DNA of 63,934 bases, the filler included, from Atractiella rhizophila (taxonomy: Eukaryota): assembly GCA_021432655.1 (NCBI GenBank). It is 7 parts of 7 records of this genome, joined end to end, with 100 filler letters (N's around TTAATTAATTAA, not from the genome) between each part and the next. Parts side by side here need not be neighbours in the genome. Positions count along the whole stretch, not along the records: positions 52,194 to 57,978 come from MU272009.1; positions 58,079 to 62,252 come from MU272013.1; positions 62,353 to 63,934 come from MU272045.1; 4 more parts are not named here. One strand, written 5' to 3'. How positions within the stretch are numbered: the stretch's first letter is position 1; each line of letters opens with the position of its first letter. The notes beneath the pieces were generated by a model. That model did not search any database, had not been told where the DNA came from, and was given only the letters and a program-made list of their open reading frames with translations. Shown here one piece after another: positions 52,194-63,500 of the stretch. Both the position numbers and the translations under genes were made by a program.

Positions 52194-54466
52194 AGGAAAG
52201 TGGGTGCTAACCGTCTCCTGGGTTCAGAGTCCACTTTCCTGGGACCTCTTTTTCGAGCACGCGTTTCAAAGTCTAGCATTCATGAGCTCTTTCGCGAAAT
52301 TAAAGAGTGGTGGGGTACTATACGCTCTCGGCATATTCCCAGGTCTCTAGTTTTCCGAGATACTTCTCCGGTCTCGTGCTCAACTCAAGGAAGAAATCAT
52401 ATCCAAACAGGCCGTAGACGGCTCGCAGCAGGTCAAAGACGCCGGACATCTCAGACTCGATCTAAAGACTTGTTAAGACAAGCCAGGTGTCAAGGAAACG
52501 GCTAGCAACCTGTTCTGGCATGCAAAAGATGTGCGCATCATCCTGTTGAAACCTTCGCACTCTAGTAAGACCACTCAAAGCACCAGACGCCTCGTTTCTA
52601 TGTATCACGCCAAAGTCCGCCATGCGTAATGGCAGTTCCTTGTAACTTCTCTCTCTTGAGTTGAATATGAGGCAATGTCCGGGGCAGTTCATAGGCTTCA
52701 GAGCAAAGGTTTGATTCTCGACGCCGAATTGAAACATGTTCTCCCGATAGTGATCCCAATGTCCAGATTGCTTCCAAAGGTCCACGTTGAACGAGTTCGG
52801 GGTGATGACCTCTTGGTATCCTCTCTTTCGGTACTCTTCCTACCGGTGACTTCGTTATTAATTCCGTCTAATCATGCTCGTAGCTCACCTTGATCAATGA
52901 CACGATATTATTGTATATCTTCGTTCCATTTGGCAGCCAGAAGCAACTTCCTGGCGACAGTTCGTGGAAGAAGAAAAGCTCTTGATCCTGGACAAAACAT
53001 CAGCTCAAACGCCTATCTATATCACGAAGTATGTACTTTGCCAATTTTTCGATGATCTCTCTTCGCAGCTTCCTCTTTGAACTTCTTGTATTCATCCATC
53101 TGCTTCTTATCCGGAAAGGAAATACCGTAGATCCGCTGAAGGCTTTCGTTGTCTGCATTGCCTAAGAAATAGGACGAAGAACTCTAGATACCATCCATAT
53201 CGTTAACGATAATAAGGTACAAGAGTGCGAGAAGGAACCTACTTTCACGACAGCGAAGGAATTGATGCGGCCGGTGTGCGGTATGTGCGGGCCACGGCAG
53301 AGATCGATCATAGGCCCGCAGCGGTAGACAGTCGTCGAAGAGCCATCTGGGATCTTGTCCTTGATGAGATGTACCTTAAATTTGTTGTACTACGTAGGGA
53401 AGGTCAGTCCATAAATATAAGTAATCGTGGCAAGGTACCCCAAAGAGGTCCAATAGATCTTCCTTCTTCACAACTAAACGTTCGAACGGTTGTTTTTCTT
53501 TAATAACCTTCTTCGACACCTGCTCAAGGAGTGGCCATTCTTCCGTTTTAACGACCCTGTTAGGTTGGCTTAGGAAAGACGACGAGGCAATAAGAATGAT
53601 TACTGACCCGGTGCCATCTTCTCCCAAAGCCATTTCGTAGAAAAAGCCCTCATCAGTAGGAGGTCCCAGGCACAGATGGCAATTGTCATAGTGTCGTTCA
53701 GCAGCCTCTCCCAGAACATGAGCTGACGAATGCCAGAATACTTGTTTTCCTTCGAGATTTGAATCATTCAGTCTGCATCTAAGTATTGTCGTAAATTTAC
53801 CTTCTGGATGTTCAAAGTCCAAAAATTCTATTGTAGAACGATCCGCTTCTAACGGTCGTTGTAAATCCCATAACTCGCCGTTCACCTAGCACTGTCATTA
53901 GTACATGTAGGAATGCGCTGAATCCAGCAAACGACACGAAACATAGTCCCCAGAACTATCTAAGTGCAAATACTCGGCTAATTGCATTATATGCAGACTC
54001 CTGAGATCTCTGCTGTCTGACGATCTGTTGCGGAAGCAGCATTTACGTTCTCACCCGATCAAAGATACCCTACTGCTCATACATGAAACCATACCTTTGC
54101 AATTACAATTCTATCTTTGGCGCTCTTATCAACCAGGTCCCAAGGTTTCGTTTCCCACCTACGTCCATCACCCTCCGTTCCATTGATAATGTATTTTACT
54201 GCATCTCTCTCCTTCGTCGCAAGTTCTGCTTCCAATGCTGCCTTCAGCCTATTCCATTTCTCAATTCTCTCGGCAATAAAAGCAGAGGGTGGGTTGCGCT
54301 CTAAAGGAAGGGCTGGGGCTGCTGTTTTCTTTTCTTTCGACATCGTGTAACGAGATTGCGTGCTCAGTGAGCGCGGAAGGTCGCGTAGAACGGAGTTGGA
54401 TGCACTAATCAACGACAGGGGGGAAGCCAGACGTCGAAGCCAAAGATTTGAGAGATGAAAACACAT
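52194..54466 (-). CDS. THS1: Threonyl-tRNA synthetase, 5' part
   Basis: [79 protein letters not shown]. Confidence 0.96.
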
Positions 54467-55848
54467 GAGAAATGAAAGAATCCTGAGTCAGATTAAGTAG
54501 GGTTGTAACGAGCCGCCTTACGTTGTGTGTATATATTTTTGTCAAAGGGAAGAACGCACAGTGTAGTTGGTATGATGTAATGGCTGCATGTCAGATTGTG
54601 GGCTCACGGTTCTCTGCCTGTCCGTGTTCGATTCACGGTACCAACAAGTCTTTTTTATGACCAAAATGTGTACTACACTAGTTCCAGTGCTCAAGACTTT
54701 CAGTGAAGTGTTCACACTTACTGCCTTATGTTACCCTTTAATCTTAAAGCACCAAGACGTCCAGCTTTAGGTAAAGAGAATAACGTTTAAGGTTTCTGGC
54801 CACCCCAAACTGCAAAATTTTCCCCCACATCCATTTGAATCCCCATGTGGTCTTCCAGCCTGAAAATACCGCGAGCCTCCAACAAGCATCCAATGCATGA
54901 TTGTTTTTGCAGATTTCCAGGACAGGTGAAGATGTTAGGGCTAACACTCTTCTTATTGTGAGTAATAGGGGAAGCTGCCAAGTAGAGTGGATATCCTAAG
55001 AGAACCAATCTGGATATCTCACTCTATTGGCAGGGGTATTTATATATAGACAGACACAAGTTCCAGAATGTTCCAGTATATTCCATCATTAACTCTATTT
55101 GACACATGTCTAATAGAATCTTCTAGACCATTTGCCACGTATTCCAGAATATGAATCATGCTCCATAAGCAAACCCTGACAGAAGAACATGAACAACTAC
55201 ATTGTTTTGTGAAGTTTATCCATGAAGATGATACAGGTTGGGGAGCATCTCTCTGCTCCTGGATTGGAAGAGAAGCTAAGAAAGTATTGCAACAAAACTG
55301 TGGCAGAGTAAAACTTATATCTCTTTAACTACAACAAATCCTCTTCACGCTTCAAATGACTTATTTAAACAGAGAGTATAAATAATAATTCGATTTCAGT
55401 ACTTTTTCTACAAATTGGAGAAGCTACCCCTTATCAAGTACTACACCAAGTAAACTGGACATTTACCTTTACTTTACCAGGATTACTTTGTCCATACTTA
55501 TAAAGTAAAAGGAGAAACGGTCACTTCACCACTAAATTACAAACCCTGTTTGAGTATACATATGTCCAATGCCAGCCCTGATGCCTCTTTCTGTTTGGGT
55601 GGCAAACTGAATGGAGACAACTTATTAAATCAGTGTACTTTTGTAACGTTTGCTTTGCTTTGCTGGTGATAGAAATGGGTCTAAAGCCAGGTATTTATAT
55701 AAGGCAGATGTTATGTACAGTCGTCAATTGGTGATTTGGCTGTAGTATAGGTAAACTTAAGTACATAATATGATATGGGAAGACTAACCTATAGCAGAGA
55801 AAAACCCAAGAGACTACTATAATGCCACCTCCACTGCTCTCCAATCTA

Positions 55849-56520
55849 TTTGTGCTCAACAATTGTGTCAGTTCGGCGACGGGCGTAACTCCATTTTCAC
55901 TTGATTGTGATCAACATCCCCACATGGCTTTTGAAACCATCTCCGACGAGGACATCCCCACAGCGGCGCAATTCGTCGAAAAGATGCAAATTGCCGACTG
56001 GGAAGCACAAGCAGCACTCAAGCAAGCAGCTCATGGCAAAGCATTATGATAGAAAACGTGCATCGGCGCCCGAATATCATGTCGGCGATTCCGTCTGGTT
56101 GAGCACGAAAAACATCAAGTCGACGAGACCTGTCAAAAAGCTAGATGACAAATGGCATGGCCCTTTTCGCATTTTGCAAGTTTTGGGTCCCCTCAACCTT
56201 AAACTTGAGTTGCCATCCTCATGGAAGATACATCCAGTGTTCCATGTGGGCCTAATATGAAAGTCAACGAAGACGACATCCCTGGCAGAGTCCAGTTGCC
56301 CAAACTACCTCCGGAATTGGTGAATGGAATTGAAGAATGGGAGGAGGAAAAAATCATTGATGGAAAATGGTTCGGTACCCAAAATAGAGTTTTCAAATAT
56401 CGCGTTCAATACAAAGGGTATTCACCATCTGAGGACAAGTGGATCAGCATCGCAGACCTAGAAAATTTGTGAGATGCTGTAAATGACTATCACAATGCAC
56501 ACCGTCTTGCAGTTCGTCCC
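55849..56520 (+). mobile_element. Degenerate Ty3/gypsy chromovirus fragment (integrase C-terminus + chromodomain)
   Basis: NNCVSSATGVTPF; YHVGDSVWLSTKNI..KLDDKWHGPF..IHPVFHV; EEWEEEKIID..YRVQYKGY..DKWI; frameshifts and stops. Confidence 0.88.
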
Positions 56521-57822
56521 CATTCCATACCAAACTCTGTAAAAAATTGCCCCAATGCGCGTTCTCGTAACCTTCGACGAAAACGTGCTGGACGGTCTTC
56601 CTCACTTTAAGGGGTCCAACACCCCTATATGCCTTGCTAGGTCACATCCTAGTCTTTGGTACTTCGGGCAGGTTGGCGACTTGGTTGTTGGTGAGTCCAT
56701 TCGTCGCCTGTTAAAGACGAATGCTCATTGCATTCTCACACCATCACCAATGTCACATTTATGAAATTGCCCTCAATTGTGAGGTCCCCTCCCCATCACT
56801 TTAAGAGGTCCTACTCCTCTACACACCTCGCTGGGTGAATCCCTAGTCACATTGTTGAACATAGGTCTAGGCGAGGTGCCGGTCTGTTCCTCAACAGACA
56901 GATCGGCGACCAGTTTGTTGGTGAGTTACCCACCCCATTTTCGAAAGACAGTTGCTTATTGCACCAAAACAACACTGGTCAAATTTCAAAAAATCCCACA
57001 ATTGCGAGGTACACAACGACTCCCCCCTCACCTTACACTCTGTTTTGATGTTTATTCTATGCTATTTTGCTTTTGTTTTTTCGGCTCACATGTCCTTATT
57101 TGCTCGACGACACATTACCCCACAAAGACGATAGACCGGCAACGAGCATGTAAACCGCTGACCCGTTGTACTGCATGTTGTGTCCACGAGTATGGGCCTA
57201 TTTGGTTGCGAGCTTGGGTAGCTAGTGGGAGGAACACCTGAGGATCCTCCCCTAGACAGGGGAGTGTGAGTCTTACTTCACCCACTTTGCCAAAGTTCCC
57301 CACTTACCACAATCCCTGATGCCACCATGACACAATGTACACTTGTCGCCGCCCGGCAATTTGTAAGGATCTAAGGCTAGGAGTGGTTAGCAGTCAATAA
57401 TGAGCACATTAGAGAAGTATAGAGAGACATATCTATGAGTGGTTGGTGGTCAATAATAAGCATCAACACTCCTAGGCAGAACTAAACTACATAGTGATGA
57501 CTCATACAAGTCATAAGAGTCATAAGAGGCAGATGACCAAAACAACACACTACAACTAACACTCCCACCTGGGCAGCTGTCTCTTGATGCTCCCACCAAA
57601 TCCAGAGACTCTCCCACCGAATTCACACAATGTATACTCGATATAAAGCAGAAAGCATATTAGTTTTGCAATGAAAAGAAGAGGAAAAGCCTCGTACCGC
57701 TTAAAGCGGCGTCTTATAACCCCACAGAGGAGGAAAGGAATTTTATTGCGCCCCATAACTGCCTCAGACACTTGGGTAGGGGCGGCGCAAACCCATCATA
57801 ACTCGAAACTTGTCCACGCTGG

Positions 57823-57978
57823 CGCCATAGGTTCTTGGGACTCGTGGTACCAGCTTACTTTGTGGACCTGGAAAGCGAAAATAACCGAGTCCCTACAACA
57901 ACTCTACCCGTTCTAGTCAGGTCAGAAGACAGGTCCACAGTTATACGGTCGTTTGGAGGAGTGGTTCCGTGAAGGTCA
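57823..57978. mobile_element. Ty1/copia RNase H C-terminal fragment readable only in the unreversed complement
   Basis: Complement read left to right gives AVSKNPEHHGRMKHLDL(+1 nt)RFYWLRDVVEMGKISPVFCPGVNMPANLLTKALP. Confidence 0.85.
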
Positions 57979-58078
57979 NNNNNNNNNNNNNNNNNNNNNN
58001 NNNNNNNNNNNNNNNNNNNNNNTTAATTAATTAANNNNNNNNNNNNNNNNNNNNNNNNNNNNNNNNNNNNNNNNNNNN
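57979..58078. other. Artificial contig linker
   Basis: N..TTAATTAATTAA..N, 100 nt. Confidence 0.97.
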
Positions 58079-58339
58079 CAGTTGAGGTCACTGCTTTAAC
58101 TTGCTTTAGGACTTGCTTTTGAGGACGAAGACGAAGAAGGAGTCTTGTGGATGCTGCCGGAGTTTGAATGCGAGACTTTCGACTTTCTCACCTGCCAGAC
58201 GACATTGTGCTGTAGACAGACATTCAAACTCTACGGCTTTTTAACGGTTCAAGGTCACAAAGACTAGTACTCGAACGTCCTAAGAGGCTGTATTTTGACC
58301 TATGCTTGCAGGTTCTGTTGGATGTTTTATAGAAGGTTT

Positions 58340-59500
58340 TACGGAGAGCTTTACGGACTTTCTTACGTGTCTCTTCTCGACCTCTTTTACGAGTTCTTTC
58401 GTCCGCTCTTTCGCGCAATGTTACGCTTGCTAAGACGAACCTACATAGGAGAGGTTCAGACAGAAAGGACGACTGCACAAGGAAGAGGTACGACTATGAC
58501 TCGCTGATAGTCCCTTAGCAAATGAAACGCGAGGTAGGACAGGACATGGCGCGGCGCTTCTGTGGTTAGGATTCCGTTGAGCGCGAGTTGAGCCACCAGT
58601 AACCGTGGTACAAACAGAAGAAGATGGACGGAGTTCACCGGTAGTACCGTGAGAAATCACCTGGCGAACCACTCACGTTCCACGACTTTCTACCGAACAT
58701 AAGACTGCTTCGTTTTTCGTAAACAAAGACGACAAGGACAGCAGGACCGCCTCAGGAGGCAGTAGCACTTCGATTAGGTTGCGAAGAAGAAGCTGGAGGT
58801 AGTTGTCCTTTGGAACCTGATATAGAAGCTACTCCATGTAGAAGAAGGAGAAGCGCTTAAAAATATCTGACACTCCATCTGTGACCGCGTTCTTCCGAAA
58901 TAGTGCGAGCGTAGGGTTCCGGTGCTGGGTGACGGTCGCGGACCTGGTCTTCCCGTCGAGGAACCGTTCGCGTTGCATGGGAGGGAGGAGGAGCGTTCCA
59001 AAGGCCAGAGAACGCCATGGAGCAGAGGAACGGCAACTTACGCTAGGGTCAACAGCCTTGGTAGGATAAACGCTATACCTTGCCTTCCTACTCGCCGCGA
59101 CTGACAGTGTCCTCCATAAAGGTCGACAACTCTAAAAGCCTACTCTTCTTCTTTCTCCGCTTCCTTTTCTCCTACTCCCGAATATGACGCAAGCGGAGTA
59201 AATAAATAACCATGGTCCTACAAGACTTAACGCCTTAGTCCAAGCCTTGGTGCCAATTGAAGACTTATAGCAATAGGGAAAGCCAAGACAGTAGTGGTCC
59301 ATTCGAGGAGGGATCCAAAGAAGGTTTCATTCATTGCCAAGGCCAAGGTGTCGAAATGAAGATGCCAACCGCGACCAAGCACAGGAGTGTTTATAGATGT
59401 AGTCTCAAGGTCGCGACTGTTAACTTGTCGTGAAACCCGATAACTGGAGCTCTTTCTCTTTCCTGAACCCCAACGAGGAGGAGGGTGGTTTTGTCTGACT
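58340..59500. CDS. EI24-domain Rrt8/Lds-like membrane protein gene in mirror orientation (complement, not reverse-complement)
   Basis: Unreversed complement: ATG 58340; introns 58457-58512, 58670-58718, 58835-58879, 59190-59240, 59300-59352, 59376-59429, all GT..AG. Protein AWMYPLQ|GIVYFALHP..FYLPQV..GPL|AF..VLAES..IFDE|..LRYLVSLPLNAIPVVGT..HRRYFQL..AYTA|FG..|FTSTVGA|ALWAIDLE..TKTD*. Two 1-nt indels are needed. Confidence 0.88.
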
Positions 59501-59776
59501 TGAAACACGTTTAAGGGTACGGTCGACAGCCGACCAAGTGGACATGTATAACACCGACGAACATCCCGATCCCGCTTTTACTCACTAGAAAGTAACTGAC
59601 GCCATACATTTCTCGGTTTGTCGTCAGACAGCGATTGCTCGTCTTTGTGCAAAGTTATAACTTTGCTCCGTTCGGACAAACTAAACACGTTCCTCCCTTT
59701 TGGATCTAGCTGCAAGCGCGAGGAGCGAAGAACACGATCGAGACAGGTGCAAACTCAAGCTTGAAGCTGTCGTGCC

Positions 59777-62252
59777 ATGAAAGTGAGTATTTTCTCGTCT
59801 GACAGCAGCTAAGATATGGACTCTGATGAAAAAATCGAAAGAATGAAGTTTAGAAAACAGCTACAGTCTCAGCGGATACCTGGATGGGCGAACCATTATG
59901 TCGATTATAAAGGGCTTAAAAAGGTTATCAATAACCTATCTACCGCTTCCAGCAATTCTCCCACCATCAACGATGCAGCATCTGAAGTCCTCACCCAGTC
60001 TCCCCTTTCCCAACCTCCAGTTTCCGCGACGTCTGCTATTCCAGCTGCACCATTCTTCTTCAAAGTCGAACGAGAGCTAGATAGAATCAATCACTTTTAC
60101 GCTTTGAAGCAGTCTGAGCTACAGATGCGGCTGAGGACACTGGTGGAAAAGCGGAAGGTCTTAGCCAGGGGGAGGAGAGGAGTTAGGATTAGCAAGGAGA
60201 ACTCAGGCTGGTTAGCTCTCTACGAAGGATTCAAGAACTTTGAAAGAGATCTGGCCAGATTTCAGGTGAGAGCTCTCCCAAAGTCTGAACTTAGTGCTTT
60301 TGCAAGGTAATGGGTTTGCTTTCGAGTTCTCGATATTTGTTCGTGTGGCCGCTTGGGCTGCCTTTGCTGGTTCGCTTGCGGAAGCAGTCGCTAATCAATT
60401 CGCATTCGTAGCAATATATCGACCTCAACGCCACTGCATTTCGAAAAATACTCAAGAAGTTCGATAAGCGTTCCAAATCGACGACGAAGGAGCTGTACAT
60501 CTCTCGTCAAGTCGAAGTTCAGCCTGCGTTTAATCGCGATGAGTTGACCAAGCTCAATGATATCGCTGCTGCTAATATATCAGACCTTGAGAGGCTGATA
60601 GAGAAGAGTGATACGGAAGACGGTCAGGCTTTACCTGGAGAAGATGCTCTGATGGACGAGGATCCGGCCCTGAGCCGTTCGGCCGTTGCACATGATCATC
60701 AGCACAGTCTCTTTGATGATCAAGGTCGTGAAGGCGGCAACGAGCTTGAGGATATTGAGACGACTCTGGTAGAAGCTGTCCGAGGAGACGATCACAGTCT
60801 CATCAAGGAAGTTTTGAGTCAGCTTTCAGAAGTTGCGGAGAAGCTTCCAGAATCGAAGAATCAGGTTCAAAGGATCCTTTGGAAAGCTGCGTTGGAAGAA
60901 CCAACCGAATTTCGCCCTAATGTCCATCTCATCCCTATCGAACTCCTCGATTTTGCTTTTGTCGACGATATTAACAATCGCACAACTCTGCACTTATCTG
61001 CCAATACCGGCAGGCTAGCTCTCGCAGAACTTTGCCTGTCCGATACTAAGCGCGTGCCTATTGCTGCTCCCGATGCGTATGGACGCACGGCGGTCCACTA
61101 TGCTGCGATGAAGGGATTCGACAGCGTTCTCGATCTTTTGCTTGAACGAGGAGCGGACCCTCACCTCATGGATTTCGATGGCTACAGCGCGATGATCTAT
61201 GCTATCACGAACGGGAGGACCTCTTGCATCCGCAAACTTCTGGAAAAAGGTGTATCCTTCGTTCCGCGTGATCCCACAGACCTCAATCCCCTCTCCCTTG
61301 CGTGTCAGCACGGTCACGAAGATATTGTCGAGCTGCTTCTCGACAATGACGTTCCCCTCTCTCTTAACCCAGAAGGTTTGTATCCTCAACATCTCGCCGC
61401 TCGTCAAGGTCATGTCAAAGTATTGGAACTTCTCATTCTGAAGCGAGGGGCGTCCAAAATTGTCGATGTTCCCGACAAGTATCAGAACTGGACTCCTATC
61501 TTTCACGCCGCTAGCGAAGGTAGACCAGATTGCGTTAGGACCCTAATACAAGCCGGAGCGAACCTCAATCTTCTGGACGAAATGCGCAAGACTGCAATTC
61601 ACTATGCAGCTTGGCAGTCTAACATCGATTCTCTCAACCTCCTGCTCCTCGCCCAACCGGTAGTAGCGTCAGAGAAGAGAAGCTCGGTAGACTTCTTCAA
61701 TGAAGTTTCTCCTCCCGACGCTCATCAAGTTAGCGATGCCACGGCTTCGACGGGCTCTCAAGGGTTTGAGCAGATGGACTTGGAACCGGACAACATCCCA
61801 TCTCTCCTCCTTCCCCCGCCGATCATCCCCTTTCGTATCTACGGTCATAACTACCTTGAGCGCAAATCTTTATTACAGCTCACCCTTGGGCATCCAAATA
61901 CAACTCGGCTTCCACATGCTCCTCCGGTCCGCTTCTACTCTCGCAGCAGCGAGATTTTCTCCCTCAAGCTCGTCATCACTCCTCGACCTGATCCGCTTGC
62001 GATACCGCATTCCGTGATTATTCCTCTCGCAGATGAGAGAGAGGTTTTCGACTTCCAAGTCAACTCCTTAGAAGAAGTTTACCTCGAGTTCGACGTCTAT
62101 CCCACCTTCGGTTCAAAGATCATAGGGAAAGGAGTCGCCCTGCCGAGCTTGTTCAAACAGGTGGTCAGCCAGCAAGGCTTCGTGATTCCCCTTGTGGACT
62201 CTCATCTCAAAGTTATCGGGGAGATTGCCTTCGAGCTTTCAATAGTCCGGCC
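59777..62252 (+). CDS. PHO81: SPX-ankyrin-GDPD-like CDK inhibitor Pho81/Nuc-2, 5' part
   Basis: MK|FRKQLQ..YVDYKGLKK, FFFKVERELDRINHFY, LNATAFRKILKKFDKRSKSTTKELYISRQVEVQP, ankyrin repeats, LPPPIIPFRIYGHNYL. Confidence 0.9.
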
Positions 62253-62352
62253 NNNNNNNNNNNNNNNNNNNNNNNNNNNNNNNNNNNNNNNNNNNNTTAA
62301 TTAATTAANNNNNNNNNNNNNNNNNNNNNNNNNNNNNNNNNNNNNNNNNNNN
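62253..62352. other. Artificial contig linker
   Basis: N..TTAATTAATTAA..N, 100 nt. Confidence 0.97.
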
Positions 62353-62471
62353 CCTCTGATTTCATTTCTCGTAATATATCACCTAAATTAAGTGATTATT
62401 TAAACGTAGGTATAAGCTTAAGTCGTGAGTTTGTATTAATGTCAAGTGACTGATTCGAGTCCAGCTTTTTG

Positions 62472-63500
62472 ATGGATCCTCTTGATCCTGGCGTCGGCGT
62501 CCACTCCATACAGCAACCGAATCTCGCTGATTTAGCATTGGCTATGACTGGCTTTTTTCATTTGCGCCTGAGAAAAATGGAGACTTTGGATCAGTATTTT
62601 GAGCGTGCGTCTCAACTTCGAGATCACCTTGTGTCCTTCAAAGTCGACATTTCCGATTGCATGCTTACTCTTGCCATCATTAATGGTCTTCCCGCTTGGA
62701 TTTATTATCTCCTTCGCGGAATTTCCATTAGGGACCAACCGTTGGAGGAGATCTTGACTCCTGAAATGATTCAAAGAATGCTCAATCCGCATCACGAGAA
62801 CCTTTCCAACCTCGTGCTGTGTGGTAACGTGCAGGTGCTTGAGGCCGCAGCGAGTACTTCCCGGCCGTTCAAGTTTGAAACACTCGACTTGTCCCGGCTC
62901 TTTACACCTGCACAATCTGAATCTCGCTGGCAGAGCCTCTTTCCCATGATACTACTCACCGGAAGCTCTGTGAATACTTTAACATATCTGTCAATTCCCA
63001 GCTGGCTAATGATTGAAAATGATGTTGCAGCCACGCTTAAATTTGTGCATCAATTCACATCTCTCAAAGCTCTGGTGGTGTCGCCGGAGTTTAGCGCTTT
63101 CAGTGCCAGCTCTCTTCTACCAGAGAATACCCAGTCTGTGGACCAAATTTCCCCAGTAATTGTCCTGAGCGACGTCTTTCCATTCGTCGAAGGGTTCCTA
63201 TACTTTCAACACGTCGAATATCTCCGTCTTCCTTTCAGCTATCAACTACTCTCTGTTCTGACGGACATGGAATCCTGGAGGTACCTGCTGCCGAAGTTGC
63301 GAGGTCTTTGGATTAACTTCCCGCTCCACATCGACTGGCGCATGGAGCGTGCAATGCGCGACGAGTTGAATCGAGTCGCACTCCAACCTCTGACGGAGTT
63401 CGCTGAGAAATATGAAGTCGAACTCGTGATTGGTCTCGACAGGAACACGAAGAAGATGAACTGGCAGTATCGGTTTGAGGCACCAGGAAATCCTAAATGA
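62472..63500 (+). CDS. Intronless ORF with copia-Gag(UBN2)-like N-terminus and LRR-like C-terminus
   Basis: FFHLRLRKMETLDQYFERASQLRDHLVSFKVDISDCMLTLAIINGLP, then LxxLxL-type segments (LTYLSI, LKALVV, VEYLRL, LPKLRGLWI). Confidence 0.6.
   Translation: MDPLDPGVGVHSIQQPNLADLALAMTGFFHLRLRKMETLDQYFERASQLRDHLVSFKVDISDCMLTLAIINGLPAWIYYLLRGISIRDQPLEEILTPEMIQRMLNPHHENLSNLVLCGNVQVLEAAASTSRPFKFETLDLSRLFTPAQSESRWQSLFPMILLTGSSVNTLTYLSIPSWLMIENDVAATLKFVHQFTSLKALVVSPEFSAFSASSLLPENTQSVDQISPVIVLSDVFPFVEGFLYFQHVEYLRLPFSYQLLSVLTDMESWRYLLPKLRGLWINFPLHIDWRMERAMRDELNRVALQPLTEFAEKYEVELVIGLDRNTKKMNWQYRFEAPGNPK

Noticed and set aside
58224..59508. Standard-frame ORFs of 60-93 aa
   Set aside because: No recognisable motifs; explained as shadows of the mirrored EI24-family gene.
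56520..59700. Mirror DNA as proof of a new biological copying mechanism
   Set aside because: Not accepted on sequence alone: the tracts abut assembly gaps, carry single-base indels and become collinear with flanking genes once complemented, all typical of a software artefact.
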